Below are positions 51,041 to 63,635 of a stretch of 64,000 nucleotides of DNA, piece after piece. This DNA is from Raja brachyura. Its lineage: Eukaryota. How positions within the stretch are numbered: the first letter of the stretch is position 1; each line of letters starts with the position of its first letter. The position numbers and the translations under genes were made by a program. Below the pieces are notes generated by a model that was given only the letters and a program-made list of their open reading frames with translations, ran no database searches and was not told the origin of the DNA. The stretch covers positions 31,868,001-31,932,000 of the forward strand of contig OY740796.1 in assembly GCA_963514005.1 (NCBI GenBank), in the 5' to 3' direction.

Positions 51041-51519
51041 TAGAAATCTGAAATTAAAACAAAAAATGCTGGGAAAATTCCACAGTTCAGACCGCATAAG
51101 TTAAAGAATTAGGGCTGAAATCGTTTATTTAATACATTGTGTTTTGCTTTCCAAGAGGAATCTTTGGAGATTGCGAGTTTTATGGTCCTTTACACATCGA
51201 AGATGGATCCAGCTACAGACTCTTGCACATGCCTGCACACATTCATATGAAAGGGTAAATGTGTGCATTAATGAGCCAAATGAATGATTCAATGTCCGTG
51301 ACATTAGTGGCAACTCCACCCCAGAGTGTGGGAACACAAGGAAGCCATCTAGACATAGAGGCAGCAGGGGTGGGACTGCGGTTTGAAACACTGCCACAGA
51401 ATAGGAAGAACACAGCTCCGACTCATTAGAAACCTGAGCACTTCCGTGCAGCGTGATATCCCACAACCAACCTGGTAAGTTCTACCTCAGTAGTAGGGAA
51501 GGGGTCGGCGCAACATCTT

Positions 51520-51763
51520 AGAAACATAGAAACATAGAAAATAGGTGCAGGAGTAGGCCATTCGGCCCTTCGAGCCTGCACCGCCATTCAATGTGATCAT
51601 GGCTGATCATCCAACTCAGTATCCCGTACCTGCCTTCTCTCCATACCCCCTGATCCCTTTAGCCACAAGTGCCACATCTAACGCCCTCTTAAATATAGCC
51701 AATGAACTGGCCTCAACTACCTTCTGTGGCAGAGAATTCCAGAGACTCACCACTCTCTGTGTA
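51520..51763 (-). mobile_element. CR1 LINE 3' fragment with (TTTCTATG)n tail
   Basis: Highly similar to 22774-23018. Confidence 0.9.
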
Positions 51764-53673
51764 AAGATCTTGGATCAGGTCTACCCGCTTTGTTATTCCG
51801 GACATGTCTCCAGCAGGATCAAAGCATCAGGGCATAGGAATGTAGAGGTCAGAGGAGCTTAGCTTCTTTTGATGACTTATTTTTTAATAAGTCAGGAAAT
51901 TCCTTCTCCAAAGTCTCTACATATATTGGAATGCCACCTCTGAGACTCATGTGATGTTAATTTCTCCAACTGCGTTTTGTGGAACGACTGCTTTGCACTT
52001 GGAGAAAATAACATTTGGAAATGTTGTTGATCCCCACAGCAGGATTAGTTACAACTGAATTTACTGTGGTGATAAATGAACTTGCCGCAACTCCCTCCAC
52101 CCCAAATAACTTATCTCTCGGTAATGGCTTGTGCTCGGAGAGTCAGGGCCATTTACGAGCCAGCAGAATTCTCCTGCTGAGACAAAGATTGCCCGTCGAG
52201 ATTGAGCTTTGGGCTTTTATTGTTTCCTGATGCAAAATGCCGCTCACGGTATGGTTAACCCATTCCAAGGGCTGTTCCCATTTTGGGGTCTGCTAAATCA
52301 AGGAAGCAACTGCAAATGACGAGAAGAAAGGTTGGAAACTTCCACTCCACCCATTTCTTCGCTCTATCTTCACCATCACCCACCTACCTCTCTGCCTTTG
52401 TGTTGTGTTTAGTGTACTTTAGTAAAGTCAACTTTACATTTTCTCTTTCTTCACCTTCACTCAATGGCATCCGATGAGATCAGCCACTTACACCTGCCTC
52501 TGGTGGGAAGCCAGGACCTGTCCTTTCCATTTGGGCCCTGTGATAAATGTCGAGAAATTGCCGCTTTTCTGACCACGAGGATCAACATAACTAGACTTTA
52601 TCGAATGGCTCCATAAATCTGTAGAGGAGTATTGAAAGTTATCAAGTCCAAAGGTAGGTGCTGTGTTCTCACCACAACTTTATTCTTGCAGTTGGTGACT
52701 CCACTATGACGTCCACAAGAGGAAAAGTGGTTGGGGAGTCAATAAATTAATGCAGAACTCGACCTTGCCAAGAATAGAGAGCCAAGATGCAGTGTGTTAA
52801 ATACGAGGCAGAAGAAGCCAGATTTGTTCAAATGTGCAATAGTTCAGACTGTACAGCACTCTCTCGGGGCTCAAATGGTCTTCGCCAGCATTGTAAATTG
52901 GGGTCACCATAAATCAATGTCCTGCTTTACGATGGCTTGATTTAGATGAACCATCAGCGAGCTTGGTAGGAGTGAGAGAATCTTCCTGGCATAGAATCAT
53001 TTTGTCCCCCCCCCCCCCACACTATGTCTGGAAACATTTATGATCACTGACCAGGGGCAATTAGGTTCGTTCTCATGAAACCTCAGTCAACGGCCGTGGT
53101 TTTCATCACAACAGATCGGTGGGAAAGTACTGGTATTCTTCACTGGGAACTGGGCTAGGAAGGAAGGGCATGATTTCTCCATTAGGAATCAGTGAGAAGG
53201 ACTGGAAATCTGTTTCAAACCAGTAGGCAAGATTCAGAAATTGCAATGGGAAATGGGGGGGGGGGGGTGGCGGTAGAGAATAAGACTGGAATTCAACTTT
53301 GGCAATCAGTGGGGAGGGAGTAGGCCCAGCATTCTACTTGTGAATCAGTGGGAAGAACTGGGAAGAACTGAATTTGATGAAGTGCTGGCATTCAGAGTGT
53401 TGGAAATTGGGGGAGGAGGAAAGTGCAAAATCCTGCATTGCAAATCAGGGGGGATGGGGAGAAAGCCACATTTCAAGCTGAGTTTACGGTGAGATACAGG
53501 TACAATGAAAATCTTGCTTGGAGCAGCAGCACCACATTCACACAGACTCAGAATACACACAAACATAAATTATATGTAACTTAAACATTCGTTACTCATA
53601 AATTTAGGAAGTAATTGTGACTGAACATGATAGTGTACAACTTCAGGCCTCTGTACCCCCTGCCCAACACTTA

Positions 53674-55729
53674 AACCCCTGTCTCACGGTGCGAGTTGGC
53701 CCACGAGTGACCCCGAATTTTCAATCGTGGTGATCACGTAGCGGGAACGTCGGAACTCGCACGAGCAACTTATCGACTCGTGGCGCTAACGGCAGGCACT
53801 CGGGAAACTTGTTAACTCGTGGAAAAAATCAAACATGTTTGATTTTTTCCACGAGTCAAATTAACTCTTCAAGTTAAAAATGGAAACATTTAAACTCGTT
53901 GTAGTAACGTAGTGGCCCGTGCGTTTACCTTAGTGACTCGTAAGTCTACCGTGGGAACGTTTCATAATCTGTTCGTTCGCTCCAGTAAAGACTGACCCAA
54001 AGATAGACACAAAATGCTGGAGTAACTCAGTGGACCAGGCAGCATCTCTGGAGAGAAGGAATGGAGTCGAGACCCTTCTTCAGACTTACCCGAAACGCCA
54101 CCCATTCCTTCTCTCCAGAGATGCGGCCTGTCCCACTCCAGCATTTTGTGTCTATTTTCGGCCTTTCTGCGATGATCTGCAACTTGTCCTTTATTACTGA
54201 GGCACCTGCCCCGTGGCTTCGTATTCGTCTCAATGAACGGCTGTAGGATTACACAAAAAGCTGGAGAAACTCAGCGGGTGCAGCAGCATCTGAGGAGCGC
54301 AGGAGATAGGCGACGTTTCGGGCGAGACCCTTCTTCAGACCTGCTGACCTTCTTCATGCTGCTGCACCCGCTGAGTTTCTCCATCCTTTTTGTGTAACCC
54401 TCGATTCTCCAGCATCTGCAGTTCCTTCTTTAACACGAACGGCTTTAGGACGCGGTTAAAGACCTGCGGAGGGGCAAGTCTGGGCAGTGAGTGGGTTGTG
54501 TCCACGTGTGATGCTCCATCCACCCCCCGGGGCCGAGAGTGTGGGATTGGGAAGGAACTGCAGATGCTGGTTTGCACCGAAGATAGACACACACAAGAAG
54601 GGTCTCGACCCGAAACGTCGCCTATCTCTTTCGCTCCTTAGATGCTGCTGCACCCGCTGAGTTTCTCCAGCTTTTTGTGTAACCCATAGACACACACAAT
54701 GCTGGAGTAACTCCGAGGGACTGGCAGCATCTCTGGAGAGATGGGATGGGTGAGATTTCGTGTCGAGACCCTACTTCAGACTTCTCCAGAGATCCCGCTG
54801 AGTTTATTCCAGTAGTTGGTGTCTATCCCGGTGGCAGGGAGCCGGGCTTGGCCGACCCGCCGCCTCTACTTGCCGGTCAGTCGGGTGATCATCGCCCTCC
54901 GCCCGGAATGCAGCGGAGTTTTGCAGCCAGTGAGTTGTCCAGCGCTCACGGTGGACGAGGGAGGACAGCAACAGGCCAGGTAAATGAATAGCAGCACATA
55001 AACGAGTCTAGCGTTTCTTGTTTTTATGTTTTAATTTACAAGCCGCTTCACGCGAGGCAAGTTTTATTTTCAGTCCAAAGAAGGGTCTCGACCCGAAACG
55101 TCACCCATTCAACGATAGACACAAACAAGCTGGAGTAACTCAGCGGGACAGGCCGCATCTCTGGAGGGAAGGGATGGGTGATGTTTAGATCCAAATGCTG
55201 GAGAATTTCAGCAGGTCGAGACCCTCCTGTCACCCATCCCTTCGCTCTATAGATGCTGCTGCACCCGCTGAGTTCCTCCAGAATTTTGTGTACGCTCGAT
55301 TTTTGCTGCATCTGCAGTTCCTTCTTTAACACTGCTGGAGTAATTCAGCAGGTCGAGATCCATCTTCAGAAGACGAGCCCCCCCCCCGCACCCCCAACCA
55401 CCTTCCACCTCAACTTACGCCTGGGCACCAAAGCAGCTCAAGAGGCGAACTCTGAGCTCCGTCTCCCAACAATCTGAACAGCGGCTGCGGCCGGCCGGCA
55501 CCCGGCATGGACTTCTCACCCCTCACACACTTACCTTCATTCACGGTTGGCTCAAGAGTAACGGGAGAGGAACTTGTTAACTCGGGAGAGTAAGTTGGAA
55601 CATCGCAGCAATGACATACCCGTGGGAACTCGGTTAAACACTTGATCATAAACTTGAAATCTCGTACACTACCACGAGTCTTTCACACGGGGTACCTCGT
55701 GGGTCAACTCGCACCGTGAGACAGGGCCT
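53674..55729. mobile_element. PIF/Harbinger-like non-autonomous element carrying a cluster of Penelope termini
   Basis: TIR CCCTGTCTCACGGTGCGAGTTG.CCCACGAG at both ends; TTA TSD at 53671-53673 and 55730-55732; interrupts a Rex1-like 3' fragment. Confidence 0.85.
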
Positions 55730-56649
55730 TTACAGTGAGATGAGAGGTTTATCTGGAAGGTGCAGGTCCTTGATGATAGTTGTGCTTTCTTGAGGAAGCG
55801 CCTTCTGTTGATGATTCCAATGGTAGGGGTTGGGGGAGGTGGGCGTTTCAGCCCACCTCTCTCTTGCATTCCCATGCATTGGAATTTGCTTTGGGAAGCA
55901 GTTCCTGTGCCGTTTGCTTTGGCCATTAGTTATGAGGAAGTCAGGTCAATATTTTGTATCAGTAATCAAGGAGGGGGAGTCAGCATCAGAAATTGGATGG
56001 TAGATACGGATGGGTTGGAGTGAGGTTTTTTATGGGAAGATGATGAAATTCGGTGCACTGAAGTTAGCAAAGCACTTAAGTATTTACTTATCTCACAGGT
56101 ATCCCAGTTTGGCACTGAAGGATGTCAGGTCATTTTATTCTGGGAGCGCCGAATAATAACTTAGAGGCCGGATTTCCCACAACATGAGAACAGGAATACT
56201 ATTCATGGAACTATATTATCCCATGAGGCCCTGGCACAGATTTAACTTTGGGTTTAGAATGATATCAAAAGACTGAAATCCCCTGGTCAAATCTTCAGAG
56301 GTAAATGGGGTTGCTCAAATATAAATATTATCCTGTTTCATGCCAACAAATATGTCAATTTTACAGTTGAATAACATTGGAAAGAAAACAGATTGAAAGA
56401 ATTGAATTACCAGCCAAGTGTGCCAATGCTACATCATTGATGTTGTAACACTGCCGCCTTCCATTTATGGATCAACAGGAAAGAGTATTGCATTTTATTG
56501 GCATTTGTATTGATCTCAGAATAACCTTCAAATGTCACAAGATTCTCTCCACAGTTACAGGAGAAGCAAAGAGAATTCTGCAGGGTAGTGCACATGAAGA
56601 GAAAGGTCAGTTAAGTCCTTTTTCTCAATAGTAATTAAGGACGAGTCTC

Positions 56650-56990
56650 ACCTTGATCACTCCCTCTTCTCCCCTCTCCCATCAGGCAAGTGTGAAACAC
56701 ACACGTCCAGATTCAGGGACAAATTTTTCACAGCTGTTATAAGGCAACTGAGCCATTCTATCAACTATTAGAGAGCAGTCCTGAGCTACTATCTACCTCG
56801 AACCATCTTTTATTGGACTTTATCTTGCACTAAATGTTATACCCTTTATCACGTATCTGTGCACTGTGTATGGCTCGACTGTAATCATTGTAATCATGTG
56901 TTGTCTTTCTGCGGACTAGTTAGCATGCAACAAAAAGCTTTTCACTGTACCTCGGCAACACGTGACAATAAACAAATTGAAACTAAACTG
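56650..56990 (+). mobile_element. Rex1-like LINE 3'UTR fragment
   Basis: Reverse complement similar to 43100-43450. Confidence 0.7.
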
Positions 56991-57373
56991 ACTTGCTTTG
57001 GATCATGTCCCTTCAATAATGAGTTATTTTTTAAAAGACAGAATTGTACTTCTGTAGCTTAGTTCAATGTACTTTCCAGCCACTGAGGTACCTTTGAAGT
57101 GTAGACAGTGATTCAATGTGGGCAGTATGGTCCCTTAGTTTCCATCCATTTTAGGTTTCTTACCTTGCGGGAGATGCGATTGTTTTCCCGGTCGCATCTC
57201 CGGACGATCTGCGGAGCTGGAGGCTTCCTCGGACTGACTTTGTGTCCCACCTCGGGGAGTGGATTTAACAACGCAGCTGATCCCTTGCCCGGGGCGGGGG
57301 AGCTGAGATACCCCCGATGCAGGAGCTGATCGCGCCGATGCGGAGGGCCTGACCGCTGGCTACCGGAGTCAAG

Positions 57374-58429
57374 GGGTGATTCTTCAGAAAGTGTCTTCTT
57401 TGGTGTCCCGCTACTTTGATGCTGTATATAAGGTTAATCGGCTATTCTATCCCATTTCTTCTTTTTCTATATTGTTAATAAACATAATCCTCATAAATAA
57501 AGATTAAACCCTAAATGAATAAAGTGTTAATTTTTTTAAAAATCCCAATGTTTGATGCCCCCCCCCCCCCCACCCTCCCAAAAACCGCACGTCCCGACAC
57601 TTGTGAAATTTCAAGTCGGCATATTTATTTAATCGCCGATCTATTTATCTCCCTTAAAACAAATCCCCTATCCTTGATAAAAAATATAATCTTTATTTAT
57701 GAGAATTATGTTTATTAACAATATAGAAAGATAAGAAATGGGATAGAATTGCAGATATTCCTTATATACAGCGTCAAAGTAGCGGGACATCAAAGTCGAC
57801 GGTTACTGAAGAATCACCCTTTAGTCATCTCCGTCACGGGGATGACGAACTTCATCTCCATCACACTGAGTAATGCCCGTCACATGAGTATTTTATGCTC
57901 ATAATGTAAAAATAATACAACAATGACCATAATTATGAATTGTAATTGATATATGAACAGCATGCTTCTGCCTATTCATCAGAAGTTAAAATTGTTTTAG
58001 CGGAAGTTGGTGAAAAGTTATGCGACAGTTACCATTCTTGCTGAAATCTCCACTTTATTCGGCAGTAAACTGTTATGAAGATTTAAAATCAATGCGTTAG
58101 ACTGAAAAAGTTTTATTTTGGTGGTTTATTTGAGGAAGATACTCTATAATTTGAAGACTGCGACAAAAATTTGATTTCTTTTCTTAAATCAGTTATATTT
58201 TACAGTGTTGTTCATCATAAAAATACGACGGACATGACTGAATGCAATGGGCAACCTGGAAAAAGTAGAGGAAAAAATGAATTAAATTCTCTAAAAGATT
58301 GCGCCAAACATATTTTTCCCATAGTAGAGATGTTCATCTATGTGAAACAACATTCAAAGTTGCAAAAATTTAAGTTTTATGATCGGGTTTCCAGAAACTT
58401 CAAAGTAGACACTTACTGAAGAATCAGCC
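57374..58429. mobile_element. Composite TIR element with 4-bp TSD (Sola-like?)
   Basis: GGGTGATTCTTCAG.AAGTGTC..CTTTG left TIR; right TIRs end at 57819 and 58429; CAAG at 57370-57373 and 58430-58433. Confidence 0.75.
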
Positions 58430-58624
58430 CAAGATCATCCCATCAACGGAAGGCTCAAGAGAAGAGTCCGTCATTGCTAGTGCCCCCCTCCTCGGATCTC
58501 CGGTCTTTGGGGTTCCTGCTTCAAATCAACAATTTTATCAATTTTTTTAAATATCAGGTAATGCTCGCTTTTAAATTTCAGGACATCTGTAAAAACTCTG
58601 TAGGTAAGTACAGAAAATATCTGT

Positions 58625-58758
58625 ACGGAATAAAGGGATTTTGGGAGAAAGCAGGAACGGGGTACTGATTTTGGATGATCAGCCATGATCATATTGAATG
58701 GCAGTGCTGGTTCGTAGGGCCGAATGGCTTACTCCAGCACCAATTTTCTATGTTTCTA
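58625..58758 (+). mobile_element. CR1 LINE 3' end
   Basis: GGAGAAAGCAGGAACGGGGTACTGA..GATGATCAGCCATGATC..TTTCTATGTTTCTA. Confidence 0.85.
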
Positions 58759-60039
58759 TTCCACAGAGCTGAATAGTAGGGAGCTGCACATTAACATGAA
58801 ACTCACAAAGCTTTAAGCACTGTTATTGCAGGAAACACTTATACAGGTGTTTTTAATTTTCTGATACTTGTACAAAAGTGTAGTAAACTTCCATTTTGGA
58901 CTGTTAGCAAGATTGTTGTTGATGGGTGTGGTTATTTGAAAGGGAAAAACGATTTTGTCTAATGAGTGTGGAGTATTATTAGTTCAGCAGGGGCTGACTT
59001 TCGCAATTGACAGTTTGAAATGCGCAGTCAGAACATAATTGCTAAGTGAGTAATGGCTTTGAAAATATTAAACAGATTTACGACTGTTTGTTGCATGTCT
59101 GTAATTCACTCCAAGCTTGAAAACACATCTTCCCTTCAGTACGCTGACTTCCACTGCAAATGAGTCAATTATTCACTTTGGTTTAAAAAAAATGTCCTGC
59201 GTTGGCAAGTCTCTGCAGAATAAATGTCACCCTCTATTTTGCCATTGGGTTTTCAGTCTCCATCATCCATCCAAACATCACCTGCTGTTGACAGTCCTGA
59301 CATAATTTGCTCTTAGTAGTATTTACTTTTTAATGTATTAAAAGTATAAAAAGTGTAACCTTTTTTGCTTTTCTGCTAACTTTAGTTCTTCTGCTAACTT
59401 TAGTTCTTCTGTTCTCCAGTCTGCCGTACAACAGTTTGTGATCATCGACACTTTTGCACCATAGAGGTGCAGCAGCAGGAGAGAGCCTGGGGAAGTGATG
59501 CCAAAGCTTTGAATGTTCCTTTTGTTGATGGTGACCTACTGCTTTCTGTGAGCTCAGCTGGGAAGAGCTATTGATTGTGCTTCCAGGCTTCCTAGGCTGG
59601 ATTGACAGGGATATGGTATCTGATCTATGGTATCTGATGCGCTAAGTCATCGAGTCACAGAGTCATCTGGCATAGTCTAAATTACCATCAAGCACCCATT
59701 TACCTTACTTCCATACTAATAACATTTATTCTTCCCACATTCCCAACAATGCTTTCCAGATTAGTCAGCTCCCACATCCTCCACCCTATTCGAACATTAG
59801 AGGCAATGTTAAAGTGGTCAGTTAATATACCAATGGTGCTTGCGTACCTAGAGTATGACTTGTGAACCAATTTGCAACTTCCTTGCTAATTGTTTAGGAT
59901 AGTGCAGTTTCTGTCACGACGTACAGCACTAACTACTGAATAAAACATGACAGAACTTTGTATGGGGTTTGAGAGGGACAAAGTTTAGTAAGAAACTAGT
60001 GTCTTAAATGCAAAATAAACCCACTAATTATAGACTGCA

Positions 60040-60270
60040 TGGCAGTGCAGCTAATAGAGTGACTCATGTTCCAGAGACCTGGGAGTGACTCATGTTCCAC
60101 AGACCTGGGTTCAGTACTGACCTTAATTACCTTAGACCAGTGTGGAATATGCTTGTTTTCTTGTGATTACGTGGGTTTCCCCCGTGTGCTCTGGTTTCAT
60201 CCCCCATCCTAAAGGTGTGCAAATTAGTAGGTTGATTGGCCACCATAAATTGCCTCAATTGTGTAACTGA
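60040..60270 (+). mobile_element. Old V-SINE with a 26-bp tandem duplication in its head
   Basis: GAGTGACTCATGTTCCASAGACCTGG twice (60057-60108); degenerate V-domain follows. Confidence 0.6.
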
Positions 60271-60322
60271 GGAGTAGAATCTGGTGGAGTAGACAAGAAT
60301 GCGGGGAGAATGAAAAAGGATA

Positions 60323-63205
60323 ATAGACAATAGACAATAGTCATTAGGTGCAGGAGTAGGCCATTCAGTCCTTCGAGCCAGCACCGCCATTCACTGTGAT
60401 CACAATCAGTACCCCGTTCCTGCCTTATCCCCATATCCCTTCACTCTATCTTTGAGAGATCTATCTAACCCTCTCTTGAACGCCTCAAGAGAATTGGCCT
60501 CCACTGCCTTCTGAGCCAGAGAATTCCAGATTCACAACTCTCTGTGTGAAAATGTTTTTCCTCATCTCCGTTTCAAATGGCTTACCCCTTATTCTTAAAC
60601 TGTGGCCCATGGTTCTGGACTCTCCCAATATCGGGAACATGCTTCCTGCCTCTAGAATGTCCAAACCCTTAATAATCTTATATATTTCAATAAGATCCCC
60701 TCTCATCCTTCTAAATTCCAGCGTATACAAGCTCAGCCACTCCATTCGATCAACATATGGCAATCCCGCTATACCAGGAATTAACCTCATGAACCTACGC
60801 TGCACTCCCGCAATAGCAAGAATGTCCTTCCTCAAATATGGGGACCAAAACTGCACACAATACTCCAGGTGTGGTCTCACTAGAGCCCTGTACAACTGCA
60901 GAATGACCTCTTTGTTCCTACACTCAACTCCTCTTGTTATGAAGGCCAACATGCCATTCGCTTTCTTCACTGCCGGCTGAACCTGCATGCTTACTTTCAG
61001 TGACTGATGAACAAGAACCCCCAATTCCCCTTTTCCAAACTTGACTCCATTCAGATAATGTGCCTTCCTGTTTGCCACCAAAGTGGATAACCTTACATGT
61101 ATCCACATTAAACTGCATCTCCCATGCATCTGCCTACTCACCCAACTGCTCGTCACCCTGCATCCTCATAGCATCCTATTCATAGTTCACCCTAACACCT
61201 AGCTTTGTGTCATCTGCAAATGTTACCTTTAATCATTTCATCTAAATCATTGATGTATATTGTAAATAGCTGCGGTCCCAGCACCGAGCCTTGCTGTACC
61301 CCACTTGTCACTGCCTGCCATTCTGAAAGAGACCCGTTTATCCCTACTCATTGTTTCCTGTCTGACATCCAATTTTCTCTCCATGTCAGCACTCTACCCC
61401 CAATACCATGTGCTCTAATTTTGCTCACTAATCTCCTTTGTGGGACCTTATCGAATACTTTCTGAAAGTCCATGTACACTACATTCACTGGCTCTCCCTT
61501 GTCCATTTTCTGAGTTACATCCTCAAAGAATTCCAGAAGATTAGTCAATCATGATTTCCCCTTCGTAAATCCATGCTGACTTGGACCGATCCTGCTATGG
61601 CTATCCAAATGTGCCGCTATGTCATCTTTTATGATCGACTCCACCCTCTTCCCTACCACCGATGTCAATCTAACTGGTCTATAATTCCCTGTTTTCTCTC
61701 TCCTGCCTTTCTTAAAAAGTGGAATAAAATTAGCTACCCTCCAATCTACAGGAACTGATCCTGAATCTATAGAACATTTGGGAAATTATCACCAATGGGT
61801 CCATGATTTCTAGAGCCACTTTCGTAAGTACCCTGGGATGCAGACCATCAGGCCCTGGGGATTTATCAGCCTTCAGTCCCATCGGTCTGCCCAACACCAT
61901 TTCTTGCCAGATGTGAATTTCCAGTTCCTCCGTCACCCTGGATCCTCTGGCCACTAGTGCATCAGGGAGATTGTTTGTGTCTTCCTTAGTGAAGAGGGAA
62001 CCAAAGTACCTGTCATTTGTACTCATCTGCCATTTCCTTGATCCCCATAATCAATTCACCCGTTTCAGTCTTCAAGGGTCCAACTTTGGTCTTAACTAAT
62101 TTTTTGCTCTTCACATATCTAAAGAAGCTTTTTACTATCCTCCTTTATATTCTTGGCTAGCTTACCTTCGTACCTCAACTTTTCTCCCCGTATTTTTAGT
62201 TATCTTCTGTTGCTCTTTAAATGTTACCCAATCCTCTGGCTTCCCGCTCACCTTTGCTATGTTGTATTTCTTCTCTTTTATTTTTATTTTTGACATCTCT
62301 TGTCAACCACAGTCACCCCTTGTTCCCCTTGGAATCTTTCTTCCTCTTTGGAATGAACTGATCCTGCACTTTCTGTATTATTCTCAGAAATACCTGCCGT
62401 TGTTGTTCTACTGTCATCCCTGCTAGGGTATCTTTCCAGTCAACATTGGCCAGCACCTCCCTCATGACTGCCTTTGTTCAACTGTAATACTGACACTTCC
62501 GATTTTCCCTTTTCCCTCTCAAATTGTAGATTAAACCTTATCATATTATGGTTGCTACCTCCTAATGGCTCCTTTACCTCGAGTTCCTTATTGAATCCAG
62601 TTCATTACACAACACTAAATCCCAAATTGCCTTCTCCCTGGTAGGCCCCAGTACAAGCTGCTCTAAGAATCCACCACAGAGGCACTCCACAAACTCCCTT
62701 TCTTGGGGTCCAGTATCAACCTGATTTTCACACTCTACCTGCATGTTGAAATCTCCCATAACAATTACCTTTATGACATGCCAACTTTAACTCTTGATTC
62801 AACTTGCACCCTATATCCAAGCTATTGTTTGGGGGCCTGTAGATAACTCCCATTAGGGTGTTTTTACCCTTCCAATTCCTCAGTTCTATCCATACTGAGT
62901 CTAGATCTCCTGATTCTATGTCTTACCCTTTAACTCCATCCTTATTCTCCCAATTTGTCAAGCCCTCCCACCCCCCCCCCACCCCCCCATTATTTAGTTT
63001 AATCCCACACGAGTAGCACTAGCAAACTTGCCTGCCAGAACATTCGTCCCGCTCCAGTTAAGGTGTAACCCATCCCTTTTGTACAGGTCACCTCAACACC
63101 AGAAGAGATCCCAGTGGTCTATAATGCTATATCATTGCTCCTTGCACCAGCCCCTCAGCCCCTCAGCCACACATTCAGATCCCCTATCTCCCTGTTCCTG
63201 CCCTC
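60323..63205 (-). mobile_element. Long decayed CR1 LINE (ORF1 esterase end, endonuclease, RT, 3'UTR)
   Basis: LYKRDGLHLNWSG (ORF1), MGDFN, KSPGPDGLHPRVL, YMDFQKVFDKV, LVRPHLEYCVQFW and (TATTGTC)n tail, all in order. Confidence 0.92.
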
Positions 63206-63635
63206 GTTAGAGAGATGTGCATCTCAATCATGGAATGAATTGAAGGCTGAGACACTATAGGGCCATTTAGGAGATATGGTGATCTGGTTAGAATATGAAT
63301 GAACCACACGAGCAACTAAAATCTCACTGAATGGCACAGTAGATTCAACCTCCACTTTTAAATCTTGTAGATGGGAAATACCCACTTCCATGTGGAGCTC
63401 AACCCATGGGGTATCACAACATTTACAGCATCTGATGCACTATCCAGTGAAGAATGGCTTTTGCCCATGCCTGAGGTACCATTGAGGCTACAGGGTATTA
63501 TTTGTCTGCATTTGCACTACTCTCCAATAGAAATAGTGGAAACAAGAAACTGCAGATGTTGGTTTATACCAAAGATAGTCACAAGTTGCTGGAGTAACTC
63601 AGCAGGCCAGGCAGCATCAGACCTAATCTACTCAT

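Noticed and set aside
54000-55375. CRISPR-like repeat cluster
   Set aside because: Repeats are irregular, in both orientations, lack constant-length spacers and match Penelope termini.
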